A stretch of 64,000 nt of DNA from Syntrophales bacterium (lineage in GTDB: Bacteria; Desulfobacterota; Syntrophia; Syntrophales; UBA4778), in assembly GCA_963665615.2 (NCBI GenBank), contig CAXXQE010000008.1, forward strand, positions 186,001 to 250,000, in the 5' to 3' direction. Shown piece after piece: positions 48,378 through 57,847 of the stretch (positions within the stretch are counted from its first letter, which is position 1; every line of letters begins with the position of its first letter). Below the pieces are notes generated by a model. That model was not told the DNA's origin, searched no databases, and saw nothing but the letters and a program-made list of their open reading frames with translations. Both the position numbers and the translations under genes were made by a program.

Positions 48378-48395
48378 TTGACATGATTATGTCAA
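48378..48395. promoter_or_regulatory. Palindrome TTGACAT-N4-ATGTCAA upstream of mop-modABC
   Basis: Perfect 7-bp arms; also provides a minus-strand TTGACA -35. Confidence 0.5.
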
Positions 48396-48479
48396 GCACG
48401 GGAAATTGCCGACGACCAGGATCTCATCGATGATGGAAAGGTTTTCGTCCACGCGGCACCCTCCTGGGAGGGCGGCGTA

Positions 48480-50438
48480 TCACGTCTCAAATACGATGCG
48501 TCCCATGTGGATCGTATCGTATCCCGCCAATCTGTCAATCGCCTGCCGCAGTGACGCCCCCTTCAGCAGATCCAGCAGCGGGCGCAGAAGCTCGCTCTCA
48601 TAGTGGCGACGGGGGATCACCAGATCATACCGCTCCTGCTCGACCGGGATAAAATCAAGTTGAAGGGCTTCTGCAGCCGCGGCGATGCCCAGACCGCAGT
48701 CGGCCGCTCCCGACTGAACGGCCACGGCGACGGCCAGATGCGTATATTCCTCTCGACGGTACCCCGCAACGTGACCGTCATCGATCCCCAACTTGGCCAG
48801 CTGATAGTCAAGAAGCATGCGGGTTCCAGCGCCGCGCTGACGGTTGACATAACGGATATCGTCGCGCGCCAGATCCGACAAATCCCGGATGCCCTTGGGG
48901 TTGCCGGGCGCAACGATCAGCCCCTGTTGACGATGCATGAAGGTCATCAGCACCACCGGCATACCTGCCAGGTATTGTTCGATATAGGAGATATTGTACT
49001 CGCCAGTTGCGGGGTCCAGTAGATGGGCGCCGGCCAGGTGGGCGTCACCTCGCTTCAGGGCGGCCAAGCCGCCAAGGCTGCCGGCATTGGCGCTCGAAAA
49101 ACGGCGACCGGAGTCGGCCAGGAACTCAGACAGCAGATCCAGGCACAGATCGTGACTCCCGATGTGGACAATGGTGCGATCAATCTCGGCGGGTGCCCGG
49201 TAGAGTTCGACCGCAACTTCCTGACCGGCCTCGACACCTTCCGAAAATCTCGGGATGCGGACGATCCCGTCGGCGCGAACCAGGGAGGTGATGACGCCCG
49301 CCCCGCGCGACAGCGGCGCCGCCACGGTCCGATCGCCGACCCGCCCCACGGTCACACGCACCCATTCGTCCTCTCCCATGGGAGAAAGCAACTTGCGGCT
49401 GATCGTCGCGGAAAGCCTCGGCTTCTCGCGCGGCGGCACCCCGAGCCAGCGTGCCAGCAGCGGCTCGACGAAGATCTCCCCCGTGAGCGCGCAGGACACC
49501 GGATAGCCGGGAATGCCGATGATAGGCGTGTGGCGTTCAGTGATGCTCCCCAGGATGACGGGGTGCCCCGGACGTACTGCCACGCCGTGCACCAGCAGGC
49601 TGCCGAGCTCGGCCACGATGGCTGCGGTGAAATCCTCGCTCCCCGCCGAGGAGCCGGCGTTGACAAGCACGAGGTCGTAAGCGGCCGCCGCGTCCTGCAC
49701 GGTCGCCTTGATGCGCTCGAAGTCGTCCGCGACAATCGGCAATCGCGTCGGCAGACCGCCCCACTCGCGCACCTGCGCGGCCAGCACCAGCGAGTTATAT
49801 TCGATGATATCGCCGGACTTCAGACCCTGCCGCGCGGCCTGTTCCGGGGTGATCAGTTCAGTGCCTGTCGGAAGGATCGCCACGCGGGGCCGGCGGCGGA
49901 CGCGAACGGTCGCGTGGCCGCATCCCGCGAGGGCGCCCAGATCAACGGGTTTCAGCAGGTGGTTGGCCGGCAGCACCAGTTCCGTGGCCACCATGTCTTC
50001 GCCCATCGGGCGAACCGCCGTCCACGGCGCAACAGCGGCCTGGATTTCGATTGCACTCCGGCCGTCCGCCTCATCGACGCGCTGCGTGTGTTCGATCATG
50101 ATGACGGCGTCGGCCCACGCTGGAATCGGGTCGCCGGTATCGACATAACCGGCCGGGCCGTTGGAGCCGATCCGCAGTCGCTTGGGCGCGGTCTCGGTGG
50201 CGCCGATCGTATCCTCCGACCGGACGGCGTAGCCGTCCATGGCGCTGGCATGATAGGCGGGAGAAGACAGGGCCGCCCAGACGGGCTCAGCCGTAACGCG
50301 CCCCAGGGCCTCATCCAACGTCAGGTCCTCGCCGGGGAAAGGCGCCCATAAACCAGCGCCATCCAGCGCTGCAATAAACCGCCGCCACGCTTCGTCCAGC
50401 GGGATGTCTTCAAGGTAAAATCGTCTGTCTTTCGTCAT
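48480..50438 (-). CDS. moeA: Molybdopterin molybdotransferase MoeA fused to PBP-like domain
   Basis: SAMDGYAV, TGTEL, PGYPVS; C-term GSHD, NRQRGAGTR, ERYDL. Confidence 0.92.
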   Translation of the reverse strand: MTKDRRFYLEDIPLDEAWRRFIAALDGAGLWAPFPGEDLTLDEALGRVTAEPVWAALSSPAYHASAMDGYAVRSEDTIGATETAPKRLRIGSNGPAGYVDTGDPIPAWADAVIMIEHTQRVDEADGRSAIEIQAAVAPWTAVRPMGEDMVATELVLPANHLLKPVDLGALAGCGHATVRVRRRPRVAILPTGTELITPEQAARQGLKSGDIIEYNSLVLAAQVREWGGLPTRLPIVADDFERIKATVQDAAAAYDLVLVNAGSSAGSEDFTAAIVAELGSLLVHGVAVRPGHPVILGSITERHTPIIGIPGYPVSCALTGEIFVEPLLARWLGVPPREKPRLSATISRKLLSPMGEDEWVRVTVGRVGDRTVAAPLSRGAGVITSLVRADGIVRIPRFSEGVEAGQEVAVELYRAPAEIDRTIVHIGSHDLCLDLLSEFLADSGRRFSSANAGSLGGLAALKRGDAHLAGAHLLDPATGEYNISYIEQYLAGMPVVLMTFMHRQQGLIVAPGNPKGIRDLSDLARDDIRYVNRQRGAGTRMLLDYQLAKLGIDDGHVAGYRREEYTHLAVAVAVQSGAADCGLGIAAAAEALQLDFIPVEQERYDLVIPRRHYESELLRPLLDLLKGASLRQAIDRLAGYDTIHMGRIVFET

Positions 50439-50595
50439 AAATGATTACCCGTGGTGACTCGCATGAAGTCAAGGTTCTGCCACTCCTGCAAAATGGGTCT
50501 CCAAGATGTCTTCAAAGAAGACACCTCCGCCTTTGCGGGCATGATACAAGAATTCATTTCGACTATCACTCCTTGTCTAAAACATCCAGCCATGC

Positions 50596-50742
50596 AGGCT
50601 GTTCAAAAGGGCTCAGAGACAAGGCGTCGCGCTTGTCCCGAATTAGTCGTCGGGGAGGATCGAGCAGCGGAGCATACATTTTGCGTATGTGAGCATGCGA
50701 GATCTGAAGCGCAACGCAGTATATGAGCCTTTTGTAAAGCCT
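50596..50742. repeat. MITE/REP-like palindromic element
   Basis: Imperfect terminal inverted repeats AGGCTGTTCAAAAGGGCTCA / TGAGCCTTTTGTAAAGCCT, internal hairpin; 14-bp end sequence recurs inverted at 19255-19268. Confidence 0.65.
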
Positions 50743-50824
50743 TCGGCTTTTTCCGGTAAGGATCTGTGTTGATTCTTTATTGCGCCTCCCTACGGGAATG
50801 CGCCCCCGGTCAACAGCCTGCCCA

Positions 50825-52060
50825 CTATTCGTACATGATGACCTCTACCCGATCCCCCTGATGCAATCCATTGGAATCAAGCGGCACACAGACCATTCCC
50901 CCGGCCTTGACCAGGGTATAAATCAGGTTCGACTTGCCGAACACCGGTTCGGCCCGGAGCCGCCCGTCCCGCTCGATCAGCCGGACCTGGATGTAATCCT
51001 CACGCCCCGGAACCGACGGGATATTGTGGGTAAGAACGGCCGTAACCACACCCAGCGCGGGATGCGGCATTCGGCCCTGCATCCGATGCAGCGCCGGTTC
51101 CAGGAACAGACCTGCAACGACCATGGCGCTGACCGGATTGCCCGGCAGACCGAACACTGGCTTGCCATCACACACCCCGAGGATGGTCGGCTTGCCGGGG
51201 CGCACGGCCACCCCGTGCACCACGACACCGGGGCTGCCCAGCTGATCGATGACATCCGCCGTCAGATCCCGGGTGGAGACGGATGATCCGGCGGAGATCA
51301 CCAGCGCGTCCGCGCGCTGTAAGGCGGCTCGGGCCGCAGACAGAAGCGCTTCATAGTGATCGGCAATGATGCCCTCGCAGGATGCCACGCCGCCTGCGCG
51401 GGTCACCAACGCGGCAATGGCGTAGGTATTGATATCCCGAATCTGGCCGGGGCCGGGCATCTGCTCCGGGGGGATGATCTCGTCGCCGGTCGAAAGAATC
51501 GCCACGCGCGGGCGCGCGGCGACGCTGATGTCTGTCAGTCCCAACGCCATCAAGCCGCCGAGGTCTTGAGGACGAAGCACGTGCCCCGCTTCGAATAGCG
51601 GATCGCCCTCCCGCACGTCTTCGCCGATCTGGATTACGTTCTCCCCGGGCGCAACCGGGCGTAGCACCTCGATTGTTGCATCGTCGATTCGTTGGGTTCG
51701 CTCAATCATGACGACCGCATCGGCGCCGGGCGGCATCATGCCGCCGGTGTAAACCGTTGCCGCCTGGGCCGCCCCGATCGGGATGTCCGCTGCGCGTCCC
51801 ATCGGCACCTCGCCGGTCACCGTCAGATAGGCTGGCAGCGATTCGGTTGCCCCGAAAGTATCTTCAGCGCGCACTGCATAGCCGTCCATCGTGCTGCGGG
51901 GGAAAGAAGGGAGGGAAGATGGCGCCGTCAAGATCTCGCTCAACACGCGATCCAGCGCCTCCGCTGTCTTTATCCTCTCCTGCCTGACGTCGAGGGGAAG
52001 CTGATCAAACAGCACCTTGAGTGCCTCCGCTGGGGGAAGCACCTTGAACATTTCCGGCAT
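50825..52060 (-). CDS. moeA: Molybdopterin molybdotransferase MoeA
   Basis: STMDGYAV, STGDE, RPGKPT, LPGNPVSA. Confidence 0.95.
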   Translation of the reverse strand: MPEMFKVLPPAEALKVLFDQLPLDVRQERIKTAEALDRVLSEILTAPSSLPSFPRSTMDGYAVRAEDTFGATESLPAYLTVTGEVPMGRAADIPIGAAQAATVYTGGMMPPGADAVVMIERTQRIDDATIEVLRPVAPGENVIQIGEDVREGDPLFEAGHVLRPQDLGGLMALGLTDISVAARPRVAILSTGDEIIPPEQMPGPGQIRDINTYAIAALVTRAGGVASCEGIIADHYEALLSAARAALQRADALVISAGSSVSTRDLTADVIDQLGSPGVVVHGVAVRPGKPTILGVCDGKPVFGLPGNPVSAMVVAGLFLEPALHRMQGRMPHPALGVVTAVLTHNIPSVPGREDYIQVRLIERDGRLRAEPVFGKSNLIYTLVKAGGMVCVPLDSNGLHQGDRVEVIMYE

Positions 52061-52153
52061 GATATCTCCTATAGTAAAGACTTACCTTTTACATAGCGGC
52101 ATCGACCAGTGTCAATCCCTATTTGCAGAGCAATTGAGACGTAATAGGCGGGG

Positions 52154-54001
52154 CTAGTCCTCTGCCCGGTCCCAGGCGTGATCGTGGAGGGTTGGATTCG
52201 CTTTCAGATCGTTGGCCAGGAGTTCCTCCTGGATGCTGATCTGCTCCCGAGCGCTGAAAATATACCGCTCTCTGTCATGCCGGTGAGTCGCCAACTCCGG
52301 CAGGGCCGCTTCGTCGTACTTGATAAAGTTCTGTCCCGCGCGAACGGCCGTATAGCGGCGGAAGCCCAGAAGCACCAGCGTATCCACGCCGATGCGCACA
52401 GACGTATCCAGCGACTCCCGATAGATCCGCTTCGCCCCTGCATCCAGCAGGCCATAGGCATCCTCGCGGTTGCGGGCCCGTACCAGGACGGTGAGGTGTG
52501 GAAACTCGTGACGGACCTTCTCCCACAGATCGGCATTGAATGCCGGAGAGTCCACCGAGGCAACTAGAACGCTGGCATGATCGGCGCCCGCCGCCTTCAG
52601 GATATCGAGACGGCCGGCATCGCCGTAATAAACGTTGAACCCCATCTTTCGCAGCAGATCGACGCGGTCGGAATCATTGTCGAGGATCGTCGCGTTGACG
52701 CCGTTGGCTCTCAGAAACCGGCCGACGGTGCTGCCGAAATGACCGAAGCCGGCAATGATGACGGGGTGTTCTCCCTTGATATCATCGGCAGGGCGCTTTT
52801 CCGGCGCCTCCTTTGTGCCGAACCGGGGCAGAATCAGCCGCTCGTTGAGAAGGAACATCAGCGGGGTCACGGTCATGCTCAGGGCGGTGACGCCCATCAT
52901 TACGTCGGTCCAGCGGTTCGTCAGGATGCCGAGTTGCGCCATGAAGGCGAAGAGGACGAAGGCGAATTCCCCCACCTGCGCCAGTCCCGTGGAAAAGACG
53001 GCGTTTTGATCGAGACTCATCCGGGACAGCCGCGCCGTAAGGTGGAGGACCAACGCCTTCATGCCGACCACGCCGGCCACCAGACCGGCCACGATCCAGG
53101 GTGTCTCAATAATCAGGCTGAAATTGATGGACGCGCCGACAGCGATAAAGAAGAGTCCCAGCAAAAGTCCTTTAAAGGGTTCGATGTCGCTTTCCAGTTC
53201 GTGGCGAAACTGCGAGGTGCCGAGCACCACGCCGGCCAGGAAGGTCCCCAGGGCGGGACTCAGGCCTACCGCCATCATCAGGGCCGCAGTGGCAATGACG
53301 ATCAACAGCGCCGCGGCGGTCAGCATTTCTCGGAGACGCACGCGGGCAATGAGGTGTAAAAGGGGAACCGTCAGGAACCGCCCCCCCAGCACGATGACCG
53401 CTACTGCCCCGAGCAGGGTGAGCGTCTGGGCCCAGCCGGGCAACCCGCTGATCAGCGTCGCGCCCTGCCCCCCGGACGTCGACGCCGCGGCGAGCAGGGG
53501 CATCAGGGCCAGGATCGGAATGACGGAGATGTCCTGAAAGAGCAGCAGGGCGAAGGACCGCCGTCCGGCCGCCGTTTTGGCCAAGCCCTTCTCGCGTAGG
53601 GTCTGCATGACGATGGCCGTGGAAGACATAGACAGGGCCAGACCGCACGCCAGGGCAGCGCGCCACGTAAAGCCGACGGCCATCAGGCCGCCGAAACAGG
53701 CGAGGGTGGTGCATCCCATCTGGATGACCCCGGTTCCCGCGATCATCCGCCGCATCCGCCAGAAACCGGCCGGGTCTAACTCCAAGCCGATCAGAAAGAG
53801 CATCATCACCACGCCGAATTCGGCAAAGTGCATGATGTCTTTGCCCTCCTGGCCGACAAAGCCGAGACCGAAAGGCCCGATGATGATCCCTCCGATCAGG
53901 TAGCCAAGGACGGACCCCATGCCCAACCGCTTGGCGATCGGCACAAAGAGGAGGGCCGTCGCAAGATAGATCAGGGCGTTGTAGAGAAAGCCGCTCATCA
54001 T
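52154..54001 (-). CDS. kefC: CPA2 K+ efflux antiporter (KefB/KefC-like) with KTN domain
   Basis: AEFGVVMMLFLIGLEL, LLFQD, IEPFKGLLLGLFF, AGFGHFG. Confidence 0.88.
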   Translation of the reverse strand: MMSGFLYNALIYLATALLFVPIAKRLGMGSVLGYLIGGIIIGPFGLGFVGQEGKDIMHFAEFGVVMMLFLIGLELDPAGFWRMRRMIAGTGVIQMGCTTLACFGGLMAVGFTWRAALACGLALSMSSTAIVMQTLREKGLAKTAAGRRSFALLLFQDISVIPILALMPLLAAASTSGGQGATLISGLPGWAQTLTLLGAVAVIVLGGRFLTVPLLHLIARVRLREMLTAAALLIVIATAALMMAVGLSPALGTFLAGVVLGTSQFRHELESDIEPFKGLLLGLFFIAVGASINFSLIIETPWIVAGLVAGVVGMKALVLHLTARLSRMSLDQNAVFSTGLAQVGEFAFVLFAFMAQLGILTNRWTDVMMGVTALSMTVTPLMFLLNERLILPRFGTKEAPEKRPADDIKGEHPVIIAGFGHFGSTVGRFLRANGVNATILDNDSDRVDLLRKMGFNVYYGDAGRLDILKAAGADHASVLVASVDSPAFNADLWEKVRHEFPHLTVLVRARNREDAYGLLDAGAKRIYRESLDTSVRIGVDTLVLLGFRRYTAVRAGQNFIKYDEAALPELATHRHDRERYIFSAREQISIQEELLANDLKANPTLHDHAWDRAED

Positions 54002-54609
54002 GGCAGCACCTCGCCGGTTTGGAGCAGCCAGTCGTTTACGTATTCATGCCCCCGGAGGATTTCGGAGGACACCTTCCCCGCCGTGATGCGCTCCAGCAGA
54101 CGGCGGTACGTTTGACCCCAGTGCCTCAGAGCCTGTGCCGTCAGCAGATGGGTGCCGTGCACCACGAAGGGCGGCAGGTAGGCCATCTTGCAGAGCTGCG
54201 CCGTCTGCTCGTAAGGATAGAGAAACTCGCGAACGGTGAAATTGTTGTGGCCGCCGGCGTGATAGTTTTCCCGTGTTCCCCCGGCGGTGATCGTGTTGAA
54301 GATCATCTTGCCCCTTAGATTAACGCCGTCCTTGCCGTGGGCCCAGCCGTATTCGAGCACCAGATCGATCCACTGCTTGAGGATAGCCGGTGCACCATAC
54401 ATATACAGGGGATGATGCCAGATCACGACGTCGTGATCCTTGAGGAGCTCCTTTTCGCGCGCCATATCGACATTGAAGTCGGGGTAAAGCTCGTAGAGGT
54501 CATGGATGGTAACATCCGGCATCCCTTCGACGGCCTGAAGAAGAGAGCGGTTTACCCGCGATTTCTCATAGCGGGGATGGGCAAATAATATGAGGATGCT
54601 GGTGCTCAT
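53998..54609 (-). CDS. KefF/KefG-like NAD(P)H oxidoreductase
   Basis: LFAHP, HDLYELYPDF, PAILKQWID; overlaps the start of the kef gene. Confidence 0.9.
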   Translation of the reverse strand: MSTSILILFAHPRYEKSRVNRSLLQAVEGMPDVTIHDLYELYPDFNVDMAREKELLKDHDVVIWHHPLYMYGAPAILKQWIDLVLEYGWAHGKDGVNLRGKMIFNTITAGGTRENYHAGGHNNFTVREFLYPYEQTAQLCKMAYLPPFVVHGTHLLTAQALRHWGQTYRRLLERITAGKVSSEILRGHEYVNDWLLQTGEVLP

Positions 54610-54771
54610 GGCGGCATGTCCTTGAGGAATCGCAAAATCGCCTTATCGACGTTGTTTATAGCAGACGAAGCCGGTCTTCAACAAGGGGGAACCGTCATCA
54701 TTTCCTTGACAGCGCGCAGGGCTTTGTGGGAAAGGGTTGGTGTTGTTCCCGCGAGAAAAAGGAGAATGCGT

Positions 54772-55029
54772 ATGGCAAAACGAATCATTCTGGGCATCCG
54801 GATCACGAACCGGGTCAAGGATGTCCCCACCGTGCAGGCGATTCTGACCGAATACGGCTGCAATATCAAGACCCGCCTGGGGCTGCATGACGCCGGACCG
54901 TCGCACTGCTCGACGACCGGGCTGCTGATCGTTGAGATGTGCGGCCTTGAATCGGACATCTTGGCTTTCGAGACAAAGCTCCGGGGTGTCTTGGGCGTCG
55001 CCGTTCAGAAGATGGTCTTCGAGGAGTGA
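54772..55029 (+). CDS. TM1266-like ACT-fold small protein
   Basis: VQAILTEYGCNIKTRLGLHD; AGGAG RBS. Confidence 0.7.
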   Translation: MAKRIILGIRITNRVKDVPTVQAILTEYGCNIKTRLGLHDAGPSHCSTTGLLIVEMCGLESDILAFETKLRGVLGVAVQKMVFEE

Positions 55030-55089
55030 GCACCTCGAAGATAAGAGGAAGATTGCAACACGCCCCGGAAAGGCGGAAAGGAATTGACG

Positions 55090-55422
55090 TTGTTCTACAA
55101 AGCGGACGATAACGGTTACAGACAGGCGCTGCCGGGGGTTCGTATGAAGACCCTGATCTACGGCGACAAGACACTGCTGGCAGAGTTCCGGCTGGCGGCG
55201 AATCATGCGTTGCCCCGGCATGCCCACATTTATGAACAAACAGGGTACCTCGCCTCCGGACGACTCCGTTTCACGATTGGCGATAATACGATGGAACTGG
55301 CGCCAGGAGACAGTTGGTGCGTTCCGGGCGATGTCGAGCACAGCGTCGAGATTCTGGAAGATGCCGTTGTCGTCGAGGTTTTCTCACCCGTGCGCGAGGA
55401 TTATCTGCCGCCGAAGGCCTGA
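55090..55422 (+). CDS. Cupin domain protein
   Basis: PRHAHIYEQTGY...VPGDVEH...EVFSPVREDY. Confidence 0.9.
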   Translation: MFYKADDNGYRQALPGVRMKTLIYGDKTLLAEFRLAANHALPRHAHIYEQTGYLASGRLRFTIGDNTMELAPGDSWCVPGDVEHSVEILEDAVVVEVFSPVREDYLPPKA

Positions 55423-55472
55423 CAAACGGCGGCGGTCTCCAGAGACGACACCATGAAAAGGAGGGTTTGCGT

Positions 55473-55907
55473 ATGAGATGGCTTGAAAAGTATTCCGATT
55501 ATGCCTATGCCCTGTTGCGGATCGTGGCGGGTCTGATGTTCGCCTTCCACGGCATGCAGAAACTCTTCGGCGTGCTCGCCGCGTCCCAACCACCTATCGG
55601 CTCCCAGCTGTGGATCGGGGGCGTCATCGAATTGGCAGGCGGATTCCTCATCGCCCTGGGCATCCAGGCGAGGCTCGCGGCCTTTCTGTGCAGCGGCACG
55701 ATGGCCGTAGCCTATATCCAGTTTCACTGGAAGCTCCAGTTCGGCGCCATGTTCTTCCCGACAATCAATCAGGGGGAGCTGGCCCTGCTCTACTCGTTCG
55801 TCTTCCTGTTCATTGCCTGTCGGGGCGCCGACAAATGGGCGCTCGAAAACAGCAATGCGGCTTGTGGATGCGAGCGGCCTTTGGAATCCAAGGAAGCCGA
55901 CCTGTAA
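55473..55907 (+). CDS. DoxX family membrane protein
   Basis: LLRIVAGLMFAFHGMQKLFG, GTMAVAY, GELALLY. Confidence 0.92.
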   Translation: MRWLEKYSDYAYALLRIVAGLMFAFHGMQKLFGVLAASQPPIGSQLWIGGVIELAGGFLIALGIQARLAAFLCSGTMAVAYIQFHWKLQFGAMFFPTINQGELALLYSFVFLFIACRGADKWALENSNAACGCERPLESKEADL

Positions 55908-55916
55908 GCGCTGCCG

Positions 55917-57146
55917 CTATTCGTAACGCAGGGCGTCGATCGGATTGAGAAGCGACGCCTTGTAGGCGGGGTAGAAGCCGAAGAAGATCCCGACAAGACC
56001 GGAAAAACTGAAGGCGAGCAGAATCGAGAGCGGTGAAACAATGGTCGGCCATTCGGCAAGGGCCGATAACACCTTGGAACCGGCCACCCCGAGGATGGTT
56101 CCGATCAGCCCGCCGATGAGCGACAGGGTCAACGCCTCAATGATGAACTGCAAGCGGATGTCCCACGTCCTGGCGCCGACGGCCAGCCGGATCCCGATCT
56201 CACGGGTGCGTTCCGTCACCGAGACGAGCATGATGTTCATGATGCCGATCCCGCCCACGAGCAGCGACACGGAGGCGATCGCCGCCAGCAGGAGCGTCAT
56301 GACCTGTGACGACTGCTGGGCCACCTGCATCATCTGTGTGAGATTGCGGACGGAATAATCGGGGTCCTGCCTGGGGCCGATGTGGTGTCTCTGATTCAGG
56401 AGCTCCTTGATCTGGTTTTCGGCAGACGCCAGATCATCGGTACTGCGGGCTTTGACCATGATGGTTCGAACCATGCCAGGAAAAGGCACGCCGAAGATCT
56501 TCTTTTGAGCGGTCGTGACGGGGATGAGGACCGTATCGTCCTGATCCTGGCCGTTCGGTGATTGCCCCTTTTCTTCCAGCACCCCGACGACGACAAAGGG
56601 GGCATTCTTGATCCTCACGATCTGTCCGACGGGATCGGTGTCACCCAAAATGTTGTCCACCACGGTCTGCCCCAGGATACAGACCTTGTTGGCGCTCCGC
56701 ACATCCTGATCGCTGAAGGCGCGCCCCACGCGAAGTGACCAATCCCTGACCGCCAGCATATCCGGTGTCGTGCCCGTAATGGCGGTGGACCAGTTCTGGT
56801 TGCCATAGACCACCTGCGCCACCCCGCCGAGAACCGGCGCGACCTTGTCGACGGCCGGACATTCCTTGGCGATCGCCTCCGCATCCCCGATGGTGAGGGT
56901 GGATTGTGTTCCAAATCCCATCCGCACCCCGCCCGCTGTCGTACTGCCGGGAATGATCATGATGAGATTGCTGCCGACGCTGGCAATCTGCTTGGCTACC
57001 TGTTCGCTTGCGCCTGTGCCGATCGCGAGCATGGCGATGACGGCGCCGACACCGATGATGATGCCGAGCATCGTTAGAGCCGAGCGCATCTTGTTGACGC
57101 GAAGGGCCCGAAAGGAGATCCTGAAAGTTGCATAAATGCCGATCAT
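55917..57146 (-). CDS. MacB-like ABC transporter permease
   Basis: RSALTMLGIIIG, GGIGIMNIMLVSVTERTREIG. Confidence 0.95.
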   Translation of the reverse strand: MIGIYATFRISFRALRVNKMRSALTMLGIIIGVGAVIAMLAIGTGASEQVAKQIASVGSNLIMIIPGSTTAGGVRMGFGTQSTLTIGDAEAIAKECPAVDKVAPVLGGVAQVVYGNQNWSTAITGTTPDMLAVRDWSLRVGRAFSDQDVRSANKVCILGQTVVDNILGDTDPVGQIVRIKNAPFVVVGVLEEKGQSPNGQDQDDTVLIPVTTAQKKIFGVPFPGMVRTIMVKARSTDDLASAENQIKELLNQRHHIGPRQDPDYSVRNLTQMMQVAQQSSQVMTLLLAAIASVSLLVGGIGIMNIMLVSVTERTREIGIRLAVGARTWDIRLQFIIEALTLSLIGGLIGTILGVAGSKVLSALAEWPTIVSPLSILLAFSFSGLVGIFFGFYPAYKASLLNPIDALRYE

Positions 57147-57835
57147 GAGGGGTTCACCGCCTCGTCGCTTACCACCCGTCCATCCTTGAAACGGATGATG
57201 CGTTTCCCAAACTGAGCGATATCCGGCTCGTGCGTGACCAGCACAATGGAAATTCCGGAATCCTGATTGAGTTTGACGAGAAGCTCCATGATCTCGACAC
57301 TGGTCTTCGTATCGAGATTGCCGGTGGGCTCATCAGCCAGAATGAGCGGGGGGGCGTTGACCAGCGCCCGGGCGATGGCCACCCGCTGCTGCTGACCGCC
57401 GGAGAGCTGATTGGGGTGGTGGTGCTCCCGCCCCTCCAGACCGAGCATCCGGAGCGCCTCCCGCGCGCGGCGGGCGCGCTCCTGCGGAGCGACGTTATTA
57501 TACAGCATCGGAAGCTCGACATTTTCCAGGGCCGAGGTCCGCGACAGGAGATTGAATCCCTGAAAGACGAAGCCGATCTTGGCATTGCGGATGCCGGCCA
57601 ATTGATCTCGGTTCAATCCTCCGACATCCGTTCCATCCAGAAGGTATCGACCGCTCGTGGGCTCGTCGAGGCACCCCAGGACGTTCATGAAGGTCGATTT
57701 GCCGGAGCCAGACGGACCCATGACGGACACGAACTCGCCGCGGTCGATCATGACATGCACATCGTTCAGGGCATGCACCTTGGTTTCCCCGAGATCGTAG
57801 ATCTTGCTGAGGGCGTGTGTCTCGATCAGTGACAT
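57143..57835 (-). CDS. ABC transporter ATPase (MacB/LolD type)
   Basis: [27 protein letters not shown]. Confidence 0.96.
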   Translation of the reverse strand: MSLIETHALSKIYDLGETKVHALNDVHVMIDRGEFVSVMGPSGSGKSTFMNVLGCLDEPTSGRYLLDGTDVGGLNRDQLAGIRNAKIGFVFQGFNLLSRTSALENVELPMLYNNVAPQERARRAREALRMLGLEGREHHHPNQLSGGQQQRVAIARALVNAPPLILADEPTGNLDTKTSVEIMELLVKLNQDSGISIVLVTHEPDIAQFGKRIIRFKDGRVVSDEAVNPS

Positions 57836-57847
57836 AACCCGCTCCCG

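Noticed and set aside
49023..50351. 442-aa + strand ORF
   Set aside because: Antisense shadow of moeA.
50451..50726. 91-aa + strand ORF
   Set aside because: Largely a translation of the palindromic repeat; no RBS and opposite to the flanking operon.
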